Source: Candidatus Saccharimonadota bacterium
GTDB taxonomy: Bacteria > Patescibacteriota > Gracilibacteria > Absconditabacterales > Absconditicoccaceae
NCBI GenBank assembly: GCA_030429145.1
Contig: JAUIDC010000001.1
Coordinates: 540,001-572,000 of the forward strand
Direction of reading: 5' to 3'
Length of the DNA stretch: 32,000 bases
A model generated the notes under the pieces. The model saw nothing but the letters and a program-made list of their open reading frames with translations, did no database searches and was not told the origin of the DNA. Shown piece after piece: positions 1 through 9,275 of this stretch; within the stretch, counting starts at the first letter, position 1, and every line of letters starts with the position of its first letter. Both the position numbers and the translations under genes were made by a program.

Positions 1-252
1 GTGATAACCTCATTTGATACCAATCTCATGCAACAGTTCACTGATCAGACGGCGGGAAGACTCTATCGTAATCCAGGTGGTGATGAGATGGCGTCGTTGG
101 CAGAGCTTCTTTCCCGTGGGGAGCAAGAACTCGTTGAGTATGCAGTAGAGAGGAAAAGATTGAATACATATTTGCTACCATGGCTTCTTGTATCGCTCTC
201 GATCTTACTACTGCTACAATTGAGAAGGCTAGTTTACATAAAGAGAAAATAA
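1..252 (+). CDS. 3' end of a gene that starts upstream of the window; hypothetical protein with a C-terminal hydrophobic anchor
   Basis: The frame is open from base 1 to TAA at 250..252. The tail LLPWLLVSLSILLLLQLRR looks like a TM anchor. I recognise no motif. Confidence 0.3.
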   Translation: MITSFDTNLMQQFTDQTAGRLYRNPGGDEMASLAELLSRGEQELVEYAVERKRLNTYLLPWLLVSLSILLLLQLRRLVYIKRK

Positions 253-292
253 CAACCTTGTTATTGGCGCTAGATTTGCTATAGTTTGCCCT

Positions 293-1279
293 ATGAAAGA
301 TAACATATTTTTGTTTACAGGAGATAGCCCATTTTTGCTCTGGGAGGAGCTAAAAAAATGGAAGAGATCGTTTGCTGAGAAATATGGAGAGCAGTATATT
401 TTTTCATTTTCTTCGGACAATTTTGACATACCAACGATCATAGATAATACGTTTTCATGAGGCCTCTTTGTAAACAAAAAGCTCGTTGTGATCTTCTGAG
501 TGCCATGAGATAAAGTGAGTGACAATAAAATCTCTGCCGCGAAGTTGGAACAGTTTGAAAAAGGATTTATCCAGCGTATTGATTATCTATCTCCTGATAC
601 TATCGTGGTGTTTGTTTCGTATGATCCTGATAAGAGATTGAAGCTCTACAAGGCTTTGAGTGAGATCGCGCAAGTGAAAGAATTTAAGACGCCGAATGCG
701 CCAGGTCTGAAGAAATTCCTTGGAGGATTGCTGGGTGAGCTCGTCTCAGGTGAGGATGTGGATTACATCGTCAGTATTGTCGGTAACGACATGTTCCGTT
801 TGGCGCATGAGGCTGACAAGTTGAAAACATATGCGAAGTTTCACAACATGGAGAAAGTGAACAGAGAGGTGATAGATAACGTCGTCTATACCGAGACAGA
901 TGCCAATAACTTCGCAGTACTCGATACCATGTTAACCGATAAACAAAAGACCCTTGAGACTATTGATATTATCTCTGAAAATATGGTAGACCGAAATGAG
1001 TTTGTCGGAATGCTGTATTGGTGACTGAAGCATATGTTACAGACGCTCGATCTCTATGAACAGGGAGAGAAGGACAGCAAACAAATAGCTTCGAAGATAG
1101 GCGTGCACTTCTTTCCGATCATCAAAGATCTGAAGATTATCGACAAGATCAAAGCAAAGAAAACAAAACTCATTGAGATGTTTGATGAACTCATGAGCCT
1201 CGACATGTCTATCAAAAAATGACAATTTCCAGCAGAAGGTTTCTATACTGAGGTAAAGAAAATTATAGCAAAATTGTAA
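293..1279 (+). CDS. holA: DNA polymerase III subunit delta (HolA)
   Basis: ATG at 293, TAA at 1277..1279. Five in-frame TGAs (458, 497, 506, 1022, 1220) join track ORFs 515..1024 and 1034..1222 to an unlisted N-terminus. The 328-aa translation (MKDNIFLFTGDSPFLLWEELKKW..FSGGLFVNKKLVVIFGVPGDK..MLYWGLKHMLQT..MSIKKGQFP) has HolA-like length and layout. Confidence 0.8.
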
Positions 1280-1282
1280 ATA

Positions 1283-1567
1283 TTACTTCGTCCTTATGTC
1301 TTTCATACTATAACGAAAATCGCTAGCAGCAAGTTCCTTATTGATTGCATCAAGGATCTGCTGTTTTTCTTTATAGAGAGCAATGTTTGTCTCTCTTGGG
1401 AGATCTTTGAGAAATAGAATATTGTGTCTGATATATCATTCGGTATTGCTGAAATTGACTCCTGGAAATTTTTTTCTGAGTACACGGAAGCAGGAGCTCA
1501 CGATATTGATCGAGCTTCCCATTGATTTCGATAGCGAGCTTTTCTTCAGTAGTTTTTTGATTTCCAT
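1283..1567 (-). CDS. hypothetical small protein (94 aa), absent from the ORF track
   Basis: The third minus frame reads MEIKKLLKKSLSKSMGSSINIVSSCFRVLRKKFPGVNFSNTEGYIRHNILFLKDLPRETNIALYKEKQQILDAINKELAASDFRYSMKDIRTK, ending at TAA (1283..1285). One in-frame TGA (1436..1438) cuts it below the track's length cutoff. It reads more like protein than the two listed overlapping ORFs (1303..1485, 1371..1613). Confidence 0.35.
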
Positions 1568-1652
1568 CTGCTGTTTTTCGGTAATGAATATTCTTTGACA
1601 AAGCTATATGCAATGAGTATACACAGAAGATGTTTATTTGCCATTTGAAATA

Positions 1653-2120
1653 ATGTCGATAGTAAAAAAAATAGCCACATGGTCTATGATGCTAGGAGTT
1701 CTCTCTTTGCCTCTCTTTACCTTTGCCGTGCAAAATAGCTTTGAGATTATCCCTGAGTCAGAGAAGGATGTCTCTCAAGATGTGGATGAGGTTGGAAAGT
1801 CATGAGGGAGTGTTCGAGATAAGCTCAATCAAAAAGCTCAAGAGTATGAAGACAAGTGAGATCTCGGTGCGCAGTTTGCAAGCGGAGCGTTCACTTGGAA
1901 TACACTTTTGAATTACGTTGTCTATCTTGTAAGATTTTTGTCGCAGATAGCGCTCGTTATTGGTGCGGGTATGATCGTTGTGTCGGGGTACAAGTACGCA
2001 TCGGCATCGTTCACCGGTAAACAGCCAAACTCCAGTGATGTGAAAAATGCTATCATTGGGGTGCTCATAGTTGTTTTCTCTTATGCTATCGTCAGGATAT
2101 TGACCGAAGCATTTCTCTAA
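1653..2120 (+). CDS. small secreted membrane protein, TrbC/VirB2-like putative T4SS pilin
   Basis: ATG at 1653; two in-frame TGAs (KSGGS, DKGDL) join it to track ORF 1908..2120; TAA stop. It has a signal peptide (MSIVKKIATWSMMLGVLSLPLFTFA) and then two hydrophobic helices separated by a short polar loop (..IALVIGAGMIVVSGYKYASASFTGKQPNSSDVKNAIIGVLIVVFSYAIV..). That is the architecture of VirB2/TrbC-type pilins reported in CPR genomes. Confidence 0.5.
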
Positions 2121-2159
2121 GAGTAGGCCTTATATCCTTTAACTTGTAAAAACTGCCAA

Positions 2160-2184
2160 GTTCGCTACTATTAGCGAGCTTTTT
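2160..2184 (+). terminator. rho-independent terminator after the pilin-like gene
   Basis: Stem gttcgcta/tagcgagc (8 bp, one G:U), loop ctat, followed by ttttt. Confidence 0.5.
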
Positions 2185-2205
2185 ACTTATTCAAATGCCA
2201 ATCTA

Positions 2206-2766
2206 ATGGTAAAGATCGACACGAAAGACGTGAAAAAGAATACGATTCTTGATATTGATGGAAACCTTATGAAGGTTCTTGATACAAGCTTTATGCAGAT
2301 GCAGCAGAGACAAGGATCATATACCTATAAAGTACAGAATATCGTAACGGGTAATGTACAAAATGTAACATACAAGTCAGGTACCGTGCTTGAAGTGGCA
2401 GACGTCACAAGAAAGAACGCAACATTTCTGTATCAGGCAGGAGACACCTATACGTTCATGGAAGCTGACAATGGAGAGATGCATGAGCTCCCTATCACTA
2501 TAGTCGGTGAGGATGTTGCTCCATATCTTAAGGAAAATCTTGATCTCTACCTTGAGATTCATGGAGATGATAACGTACTCAATGTGCTTCTTCCAGCAAC
2601 AGTTACCTACAAGATTGTTTCTACTGTTCCTGGTGTGAAAGGAGATAGAGCACAGGCAGGTAAAAAGCCAGCGACATTGGAGACTGGTCTTGAGATACAG
2701 GTTCCACTTCATAAAAATGAGGGTGATGAGATCACTATCAACACGCAAACAGGAGAGGTTGCATAA
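2206..2766 (+). CDS. efp: elongation factor P
   Basis: Intact 186-aa ORF with no TGA. Typical EF-P sequence (MVKIDTKDVKKNTILDIDGNLMKVL..VPGVKGDRAQAGKKPATLETGLEIQVPLH..). Confidence 0.95.
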   Translation: MVKIDTKDVKKNTILDIDGNLMKVLDTSFMQMQQRQGSYTYKVQNIVTGNVQNVTYKSGTVLEVADVTRKNATFLYQAGDTYTFMEADNGEMHELPITIVGEDVAPYLKENLDLYLEIHGDDNVLNVLLPATVTYKIVSTVPGVKGDRAQAGKKPATLETGLEIQVPLHKNEGDEITINTQTGEVA

Positions 2767-2789
2767 AACATTATACATATCTTTCTCGA

Positions 2790-2811
2790 CCCGGGCTCGT
2801 CTCGGGTTTTT
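2790..2811 (+). terminator. rho-independent terminator after efp
   Basis: Stem cccggg/ctcggg (6 bp, one G:U), loop ctcgt, followed by ttttt. Confidence 0.55.
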
Positions 2812-2887
2812 CTATACTGGATTGTAATCAACGCACTATTCTATATACTTCTTTTCAATTATTTATCCTTGAATAGACTCTGTTATT

Positions 2888-4438
2888 ATGGTAAGAAGAA
2901 CGAAAAGAAAACCAAAGATCATACAAAATATTACCATCGAAAAGATGGGTCACGGGGGCGTGGGTATCGCACGCCAGAGTGACGGACGCAAGATTATTGT
3001 TTCGTGAGGTGCTTTGCCTGGTATGGTTGCGGACGTGATGGTCTTCAAACAGAAGAAGGATTTTGTAGAAGCAAAACTTTATCACGTGCACTCGTATGGC
3101 GAAGAGTTTACATTGGATAGAGATGCTGTCCGCTGTCCGCATTATGTGTTTCATGCAGAAGATGGGCTGGAGCACGACGGTATGGGAGAAAATAAAGTTG
3201 GGTGTGGAGGATGTAAGCGACAGATTTTGCGTTATGAGAAACAGTTGCTCCTGAAACATGCCATAGTGAAAGATAGTTTTAGACATATAAGAGACCTTAT
3301 TGAGAAGGTATGAATGAAGCCGTTTGTGCCAGCGCCAGAGCAGTTTGGTTATAGAAATAAGATAGAGTATAGTTTTGGTAAGTATATTACGAATGAGTCA
3401 CCAGAACAGCATCACTGGCAGATGGGTTTTCATAAACAGTGACAGTTTTCAAAAGTGATAGATGTGGATCAGTGTTATCTTGTCTCAGATGAGTCGAAGA
3501 AACTGTATCGTACACTAAAGGAGGTGCTACGCACGTCTGGTCTGCCAGTCTATGATCAAAAGACACATCAGTGATTTCTCCGTCATCTGGTCGTTCGTGA
3601 AGGAAGAAATACTGGGCATTTTTTGGTCAATCTCAGTGTGTCAGAAAAGCAGTTAGAGGAGCTTTGACTCGAGAAGAAGCGAGAGGAGTTTAAGGAGCAG
3701 CTACTGAAAGACAAATACCTTCAAGAGACAGTCACCTCATTCGTCGTGACAGTAAACAATGGATTGGCTGATATCGTGAAAGGAGAAGATGCTACGACCT
3801 ATGTGCTTCGAGGCGAGGGAACGATGTACGAGAAACTACTATTTCCCAAAGAGTCTGATAAAGAACACCTCACAGAGGTGAGCTTCCGTGTTTCGCCGTT
3901 TTCGTTTTTCCAAACAAATACGTTTGGAGCACAAAGGCTCTTCCAGACTGCTATGGATGCTGTCGGGCAGATAGAAGGAGACATACTCGATCTTTACTGT
4001 GGAACAGGAAGTATTGGTCTTAGCTTTCTCAAGGCTGGAAAAGGAGAAAGGGTAATGGGTATTGAGATCGTTCCGGATGCTATCATTGACGCAGTATGGA
4101 ATGCAAAAGTAAATGGGCTTGAAGAGAAGAGTTATTTTGTCGCCGGTAAGGCTGAAGAGCTGATAGAAAAAGATCAGTATATCGCAGAGAACCTTGATAA
4201 GGTAGAACTTGTAGTGGTTGACCCTCCACGTGATGGACTCCATAAGAAGGTTGTTGAGTTTTTGATTAATTTGAAGAGAGAACGTGATTTTAAGCTCTTG
4301 TATATCTCTTGTAATCCAGTCACGATGGCTCGTGATATACAACTACTTGAGGGGGATCACTATAAGCTCCGTAGCCTACAACCAGTTGATATGTTTCCAC
4401 ATACACATCACGTAGAGATGGTGGGAGTACTATCTTAG
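2888..4438 (+). CDS. RumA/TrmA-family RNA (uracil-5-)-methyltransferase with TRAM domain and Fe-S cysteines
   Basis: ATG at 2888, TAG at 4436..4438. Five in-frame TGAs (3005, 3311, 3440, 3572, 3665) join track ORFs 3014..3313 and 3746..4438. Motifs: N-terminal TRAM-like segment, Cys cluster (CPHY..GCGGC), GYRNK, SFFQTN, the SAM motif DLYCGTGSIG, DPPRDG and the catalytic region ISCNP. Confidence 0.85.
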
Positions 4439-4595
4439 AAGTGTTTTTATAAATACTGTCAATATAGTTTATCACTAACTATATCGATTGTGGCTTCGAG
4501 TGGTGGATAATTACCTGTTTTTCTATTGCATATCATCAGAGTATGTCTATACAAACGAGTGTGTAATCAACTTTTACTCATTTATCTTTGAATTT

Positions 4596-5168
4596 ATGAA
4601 GGCAACAAAAAGAGCATTCACGCTTATCGAAATGCTGATAGTTATTGTTATTATCGGTATTCTCGCGGCAGCTTTAGTTCCTAGACTTGTATCAGTACAA
4701 GGTAGAGCAAGAGACACAAAACGTAAGGCAGACCTTTCACAGATTGGTTCAGCACTTGCTATTTATAAGACTGACAATTCAACTTTCCCTGCGGCATCTG
4801 GTAACGTATCTCTCGTGCTTGCAAACCAATACTTGAGTGGATACCTTACAGCGACACCAACAGATCCTGTATCTACAGCAGGAATCCCAGAGATGGGTGC
4901 GTCTGCATCAAATACAGGTTACGGATACCTTTCTGTAACAAGAAATGGTGTAACATCTAACGGTTCGGCACTTGCTGCTCAAACTGAATCAGATGGTACA
5001 AGTTCAAATGCTATCATCTATACTGGTACGATGAACCACAGTACGACAGCTGAGACTTTGGACTCATTCCTTGGAACATGTAACGGAAGAGCAACAAAGG
5101 GTTCTACATTCAACCCTACTACGTGTGCTGCTCCTGCTACAGGTCTCAGATACTACTATGTACAATAA
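4596..5168 (+). CDS. type IV pilin / pseudopilin-like protein (prepilin-type N-terminal cleavage/methylation domain)
   Basis: MKATKRA|FTLIEMLIVIVIIGILAAALVP is a class III signal with the invariant Glu5. The C-terminal half is rich in Ser/Thr/Gly. The track's start at 4488 adds 36 implausible residues, so I prefer ATG 4596. No TGA. Confidence 0.8.
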   Translation: MKATKRAFTLIEMLIVIVIIGILAAALVPRLVSVQGRARDTKRKADLSQIGSALAIYKTDNSTFPAASGNVSLVLANQYLSGYLTATPTDPVSTAGIPEMGASASNTGYGYLSVTRNGVTSNGSALAAQTESDGTSSNAIIYTGTMNHSTTAETLDSFLGTCNGRATKGSTFNPTTCAAPATGLRYYYVQ

Positions 5169-5188
5169 TCAATTTCTCTCTCTTAAAA

Positions 5189-5215
5189 GATCTCCTCACC
5201 CGAGGAGATTTTTTG
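5189..5215 (+). terminator. rho-independent terminator after the pilin gene
   Basis: Stem atctcctc/gaggagat (8 bp), loop accc, then a T-run. Confidence 0.6.
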
Positions 5216-5220
5216 TATTG

Positions 5221-5245
5221 TAAAAAACGCTCTCAGTGAGAGCGT
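5221..5245 (-). terminator. rho-independent terminator for the convergent gene 5280..5828
   Basis: Stem acgctctc/gagagcgt (8 bp), loop agt. On the minus strand it is followed by tttttt. Confidence 0.55.
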
Positions 5246-5279
5246 CTTGGCTGTGGGTCAGCATTATCGTGATGGGAAA

Positions 5280-5828
5280 TTATTTGTCGATAAGTGCTTC
5301 AATGGCTGCTGCCCCATGATCTTCAGATGCGTTTACAATGATGGACAACTCATTGCCGACGTTTCCTTTGAAGAATGTCACTGCTGCTTGGTTGAGAGAG
5401 TATGCTTTCCCTTCATCTGTGAGTGCGATAAACTTGCCATCTTCTGTCTTTGAAAGCTTTGCTTTTACATACTTTCTTGGTGCTTGGGCGATGAGTTTAT
5501 AGACGAGTTTCCCGTCTTCCATGATACGAAGCTTCATCATGTCACCAGGAACAAGCTTTGTCTTACTGGCATAGTTCATAGGTACAGGATAGATCTTTCC
5601 GTCGTTCCCTTGCATGAAATTACCATCAAACGTACCTTCAACTACCTTGATGTTCTCGTCTTCTTCTGTTGTGTCGCTCGCTGAACTCTTTGGTGCCGCA
5701 ACATCACTAATAGAAACGCCTTGGTCGGCATAGAGCTTTTGCAAAAGATGTCTTGCCTTTACCGCATCGCTTTCCATCTTACTGAGAAGGTGCAAAAGCG
5801 TTGTCAGTGCTTCATTTTGTTTGTCCAT
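5280..5828 (-). CDS. hypothetical protein (182 aa)
   Basis: Intact ORF with a TAA stop and no TGA. It has an N-terminal helical segment, an acidic linker (TTEEDENIK) and a beta-rich C-terminal half (VEGTFDGNFMQGNDGKIYPVPMNYASKTKLVPGDMMKL..). I recognise no motif. Confidence 0.6.
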   Translation of the reverse strand: MDKQNEALTTLLHLLSKMESDAVKARHLLQKLYADQGVSISDVAAPKSSASDTTEEDENIKVVEGTFDGNFMQGNDGKIYPVPMNYASKTKLVPGDMMKLRIMEDGKLVYKLIAQAPRKYVKAKLSKTEDGKFIALTDEGKAYSLNQAAVTFFKGNVGNELSIIVNASEDHGAAAIEALIDK

Positions 5829-5978
5829 TTTGTATTGTTCTAGGTTATAAAACTAACTCCTTTAAGTATACATTTTCTCATCAAAAAAGCAAAAAAAACT
5901 TGCCCCTCATTGGTGTTGCAATTGTCGGCATGTTGACTACATATTAGGGTATATCTTACCTCTCTTAACTGTTATTGT

Positions 5979-6485
5979 ATGGTAATCTATTATATTCTTG
6001 CATTTCTTCTTGGTGGATGAGTTGGCTATCTGCTATTTTACCTCAGATATGAGCACAGAGGCCTCATTGATGAACTCAGAGATAATTTTCAGGATACCAA
6101 AAGACAGCTCGAGAACGTACAACATGACTCGCAGGAGCACCTTCAGCAAAATGTTATCCTCAAGGAGAAGGTAACAGAGTTGATGACAAAAAATGATGAT
6201 CTTTCGAGAATTGTCTCAGAGCTCAGTAGATACTACTATCATATCAAACTAGGTGCAGAGAAGGCATCAGAGCTAGAGAAGATCTTACATATCTTTGATA
6301 AAGATATTGAAGAAAAGATGAAATACACTCTTGGTGAAAGGATCCTTGAAAGTCTTCATGAGTGAAAGAAAAGTGTGAGAGGAGACGATGATGACGATAT
6401 GGATGAGGACGACAGACCTCGTCGCCCAGAAAAAAATCGCATCATCGCAGCAGATGGAAAGAGTGGCTGAGGAAAGAAGTGGTAA
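5979..6485 (+). CDS. membrane-anchored coiled-coil protein with acidic tail (hypothetical)
   Basis: ATG at 5979, TAA at 6483..6485. Three in-frame TGAs (6018, 6363, 6468) extend track ORF 6180..6365 in both directions. It has an N-terminal TM (MVIYYILAFLLGGGVGYLLFY), a heptad-like middle section and a DDDDDMDEDD tail. Confidence 0.55.
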
Positions 6486-6518
6486 CAGTAAACTAGTAAT
6501 TATCAATTATTCATTATC

Positions 6519-7130
6519 ATGAGTTATAGAAAGAGTAAGGTTGCGGTTGTGTGAAGCAAAGAGGGATACAATGCTGCTGCTACGCTCTACAAGAAGTTTC
6601 ATAAAGAGCTTGCAAGTTATGACAAGGGACTATTTCAAAGATTTTTGCCGAGAAATATGGAAGGCAAGAGCGTCCTTGATATAGGAGCATGAGATGCAAG
6701 GCTCTATCGTTATTTTCAGGATAAACAGGTTCGCTATGTGGCCATGGATGTGGCGGAGAAGTTATTGAAGCGTGCTCCAGGTCGCGTAGAAAAGGTGGTC
6801 GCGGATATTGAGTCGGCACGGCCGTTTGAAGATAATGAGTTTGATGCTGCGTTATGTTTTTTTGTGTTGTTGCATGTAAGTGATTTACAGCATTTCTTTG
6901 ATGAGGCATATAGAGTCTTGAAGCAAGGAGGCAAGCTTGTAGTGCTACAGAACTATCAGAGACGCAGCTATGAGTACAATATCGATGGCAAGCAATTTAA
7001 GATTGAAGATCGACATCACTCGCATGAAGAGATCTTATCCTCGGCTGAGCATGCATTTTTTACAGAGGAGCATATTGAACTAACAGAAAAGGACATTCCT
7101 ATTGGGATGCTTTACTGCTTCACAAAGTAG
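6519..7130 (+). CDS. class I SAM-dependent methyltransferase
   Basis: ATG at 6519, TAG stop. Two in-frame TGAs, one of them inside motif I (VLDIGA-G-DARL, TGA at 6690..6692). The post-I acidic residue and the LKQGGKLVV motif are present. This extends track ORF 6738..7130. Confidence 0.8.
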
Positions 7131-7211
7131 TCACAGATTCTTGTAATTGTCGTTTGCATATGTATTGTTAGTGAGTGGCTAGTGAAGTTCATTGATACAT
7201 TAGGATAACCG

Positions 7212-7772
7212 ATGAAATCATACGATAAAGATTTTTTACAGAGATTGCAGCAGAGAGATGAGGCTGCGTTCAGTACACTGTACAATGATACAGTCGACAT
7301 GTTTTTCCGTTATCTGAAAGCGACGTATTTTCTTAGTGATAGTGAGATAGATGATCTGTTGTCGTCGTTCTATGTAAAGGTGTGGAATAACTTGAAGCGC
7401 CTCGATACAAATACATGATTGAGTTCTTGGATGTGGACTATCTGTAAGAATCTTGCAAAGGATTATTTCAAAGCACATAGCTCAATTCACTTTAGTCAGA
7501 TGGACTCTAATCGCTATGAAGATGGTGATGCATTTGAAGATGGATTGTTATCAGAAGAAAATATTACTCAGATGTTTCACACCAATCGAGAGTATTCAGA
7601 AATTTTGCAGGCGATGGAGCAACTCACGTGAGATTATAGAGAGGTCTTGTATTTGAAATTTGTAGAAGAGTATTCGTATGAAGAAATTGCAGCTACGTTG
7701 AAAACGAGTGAGCAAAATATAAGGCAGAAAGTGTCGAGATGATTGAAAAAATTGAAAAGCCTGCTTCCCTAG
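7212..7772 (+). CDS. RNA polymerase sigma-70 family factor (ECF-like, regions 2 and 4)
   Basis: Track ORFs 7212..7418 and 7419..7631 plus the tail to TAG at 7770..7772 are in one frame, joined by TGAs at 7416, 7629 and 7740. Region 2-like segment: FYVKVWNNLKRLDTNTGLSSWMWTICKNLAKDYF. Region 4 HTH: REVLYLKFVEEYSYEEIAATLKTSEQNIRQKVSRGLKKLK. Confidence 0.8.
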
Positions 7773-7782
7773 CGGGCTTTTA
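7758..7782 (+). terminator. possible terminator overlapping the end of the sigma gene
   Basis: Stem agcctgct/agcgggct (8 bp, one G:U), loop tccct, with only a short T-run (tttt). Confidence 0.4.
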
Positions 7783-7827
7783 TGTTGGTATAGTTTTGGC
7801 ATATGTCAACACCTTTTTGGGCTGAAG

Positions 7828-7857
7828 AACGGCTTAAAAGACATAAAACGGCTTAAA
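7828..7857. repeat. 11-bp direct repeat aacggcttaaa, two copies with 19-bp periodicity, upstream of hup
   Basis: Exact copies at 7828..7838 and 7847..7857 in the sigma-hup intergenic region. Confidence 0.5.
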
Positions 7858-7970
7858 TAAGCTATTTTCTTTTGGTCTGCACAACGCAGGAAAATAGCAG
7901 GAATCCCTTGAAATGTAGGAGATAACCCCTATATTGCAAGTGTCTTTATTTCTTATTGTAAGATCTAATC

Positions 7971-8246
7971 ATGACTAAGACACAATTGATCGCACACCTC
8001 GCATCTAAGCTTGGTATCTCTAAGAGACTCGCTAACGACGCTCTTAATGTTCTTATCGACGGTATCATCGCTTCTGTAAAGAAGGGACAGGAAGTAAGAA
8101 TCCAGGGTTTCGGTACTTTCAAGTCTTCTAAGAGAGCTGCTAGAACTGGTGTGAATCCAAGAAATCCATCTGAAAAGATCAAGATCCCTGCAATGAAAGT
8201 TGTTTCTTTCAAGGCTGGTGCTGATTTCAAAAAAGCTGTTAGATAA
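7971..8246 (+). CDS. hup: HU family DNA-binding protein
   Basis: 91-aa ORF: MTKTQLIAHLASKLGISKRLANDALNVLIDGIIASVKKGQEVRIQGFGTFKSSKRAARTGVNPRNPSEKIKIPAMKVVSFKAGADFKKAV. The HU/IHF signature is canonical. No TGA. Confidence 0.95.
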   Translation: MTKTQLIAHLASKLGISKRLANDALNVLIDGIIASVKKGQEVRIQGFGTFKSSKRAARTGVNPRNPSEKIKIPAMKVVSFKAGADFKKAVR

Positions 8247-8272
8247 TATATCATATATTATACACGCGCTTT

Positions 8273-8303
8273 CTTTCTCTCCGCAAGGGGAGAAAGTTTT
8301 TTT
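8273..8303 (+). terminator. rho-independent terminator after hup
   Basis: Stem ctttctctcc/ggggagaaag (10 bp), loop gcaa, followed by ttttttt. Confidence 0.7.
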
Positions 8304-8307
8304 ATGC

Positions 8308-8331
8308 AAAAAAACCCCGTAAATGACGGGG
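8308..8331 (-). terminator. rho-independent terminator for the minus-strand gene 8414..9184
   Basis: Stem ccccgt/acgggg, loop aaatg. On the minus strand it is followed by a T-run (plus-strand aaaaaaa at 8308..8314). Confidence 0.55.
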
Positions 8332-8413
8332 AAGATTGTCTGAAGATCATGTATTTATGACGAACCTAGGGGCCAACGTATTGTTAGTTTTTTAAATGAG
8401 TGATTAATTGTTT

Positions 8414-9184
8414 TTACTGTCGTGCAAAAAACGCTTTTATTTCTTCTAGCATGATACTATACGAAGTCGGTGATTGCTCTTCTCCCGGTACATCGCTTAA
8501 TCCTTTCAGATAGACAAGAGAACTTTTGCGATTGTTGTCGCTGTAGGTCATACAATTCCAAGCATTTAACATGTTGCCGTGTTTGTAGTCAGAGTATTCC
8601 GAGATAAAGCATAAAAGGTTGCCAGGCAATGTATGAATAACATCGGCTGGTTGTTGAGATTCTCTCATCAACTTTTCCCTATCTATGCGCATATGTTTGT
8701 GTGCTTTGAGGAAGTTATTTTGTCCTTCGCTTGTGTCCCAAGGAATATGTGCAGGAGCGTTGTAGAGTATAATACGTATATCTTTGCTTACATAATGTAC
8801 TCTATTTCTGCCCTTCAGTACTTCAAGTGTTCCAGCTAAGAGGGCGGGTCCTGCACACATTGCAAATACTTTGTCTATTGGCTGTTGATACTTTTCATAG
8901 ATGCTTTCTATGCTGTCTGCTATGTCTTTGGCTCCTTGCCAGAATGAAAACTCTCCCTCATTGTTTTCGATGTCTTGTCCACTTAAAATTGGAATAAATA
9001 CATCGTAGTGCTCTGAGAGTTTTTCACACAGGGTGAAGTATCTTTCTTGGCGAGGCCCTTCCTTGTCCTTTGCATAAATTCCTGCTCCATTTGGAATGAG
9101 GAGAAGAGGCGATGCCGTTTGTAATTGACTTTTAATGAGCAGTAACGTTGCTGTTTTCGATTTTGCAAATGTTTCTATTGTCAT
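8414..9184 (-). CDS. hypothetical protein, possibly alpha/beta-hydrolase fold with a Cys nucleophile elbow
   Basis: I prefer ATG 9184 (MTIETFAKSK..) over the track's TTG at 9229. Features: a beta-strand-like PLLLIPNGAG, an elbow-like VFAMCAGPALL (small-x-Cys-x-small) and later His/Asp candidates. No TGA among about 15 Gly codons. It lies co-directionally downstream of the radical SAM gene. Confidence 0.5.
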   Translation of the reverse strand: MTIETFAKSKTATLLLIKSQLQTASPLLLIPNGAGIYAKDKEGPRQERYFTLCEKLSEHYDVFIPILSGQDIENNEGEFSFWQGAKDIADSIESIYEKYQQPIDKVFAMCAGPALLAGTLEVLKGRNRVHYVSKDIRIILYNAPAHIPWDTSEGQNNFLKAHKHMRIDREKLMRESQQPADVIHTLPGNLLCFISEYSDYKHGNMLNAWNCMTYSDNNRKSSLVYLKGLSDVPGEEQSPTSYSIMLEEIKAFFARQ

Positions 9185-9275
9185 AAGATTTGTTTTTATT
9201 AAGAACAAGATTATATGTTGTGTAGGCAATAAGTCAATTGTTGACTGTTCGAAACTGTAGCAGAAATTATTCTAC

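Noticed and set aside
2377-4342. Minus-strand ORFs 2377..2778, 2855..3286, 3799..3984 and 3839..4342.
   Set aside because: They are antisense to efp and the RumA-type methyltransferase and have no motifs.
4462-4484. An AT-rich hairpin, atatagtt-tatcact-aactatat, between the methyltransferase and the pilin gene, considered as a terminator.
   Set aside because: No T-run follows it and the stem is all A:T, so it is as likely to be chance in AT-rich spacer. I did not call it as a feature.
4488-4595. The track gives the pilin ORF a 36-aa N-terminal extension (MWLRVVDNYLFFYCISSEY..).
   Set aside because: Prepilin leaders are short and basic. ATG 4596 gives the canonical MKATKRAFTLIEM, and the extension is aromatic-rich, AT-rich read-through of the intergenic region.
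7946-8309. Minus-strand ORFs 7946..8254 and 7965..8309 overlapping hup.
   Set aside because: They are antisense to a canonical HU gene.
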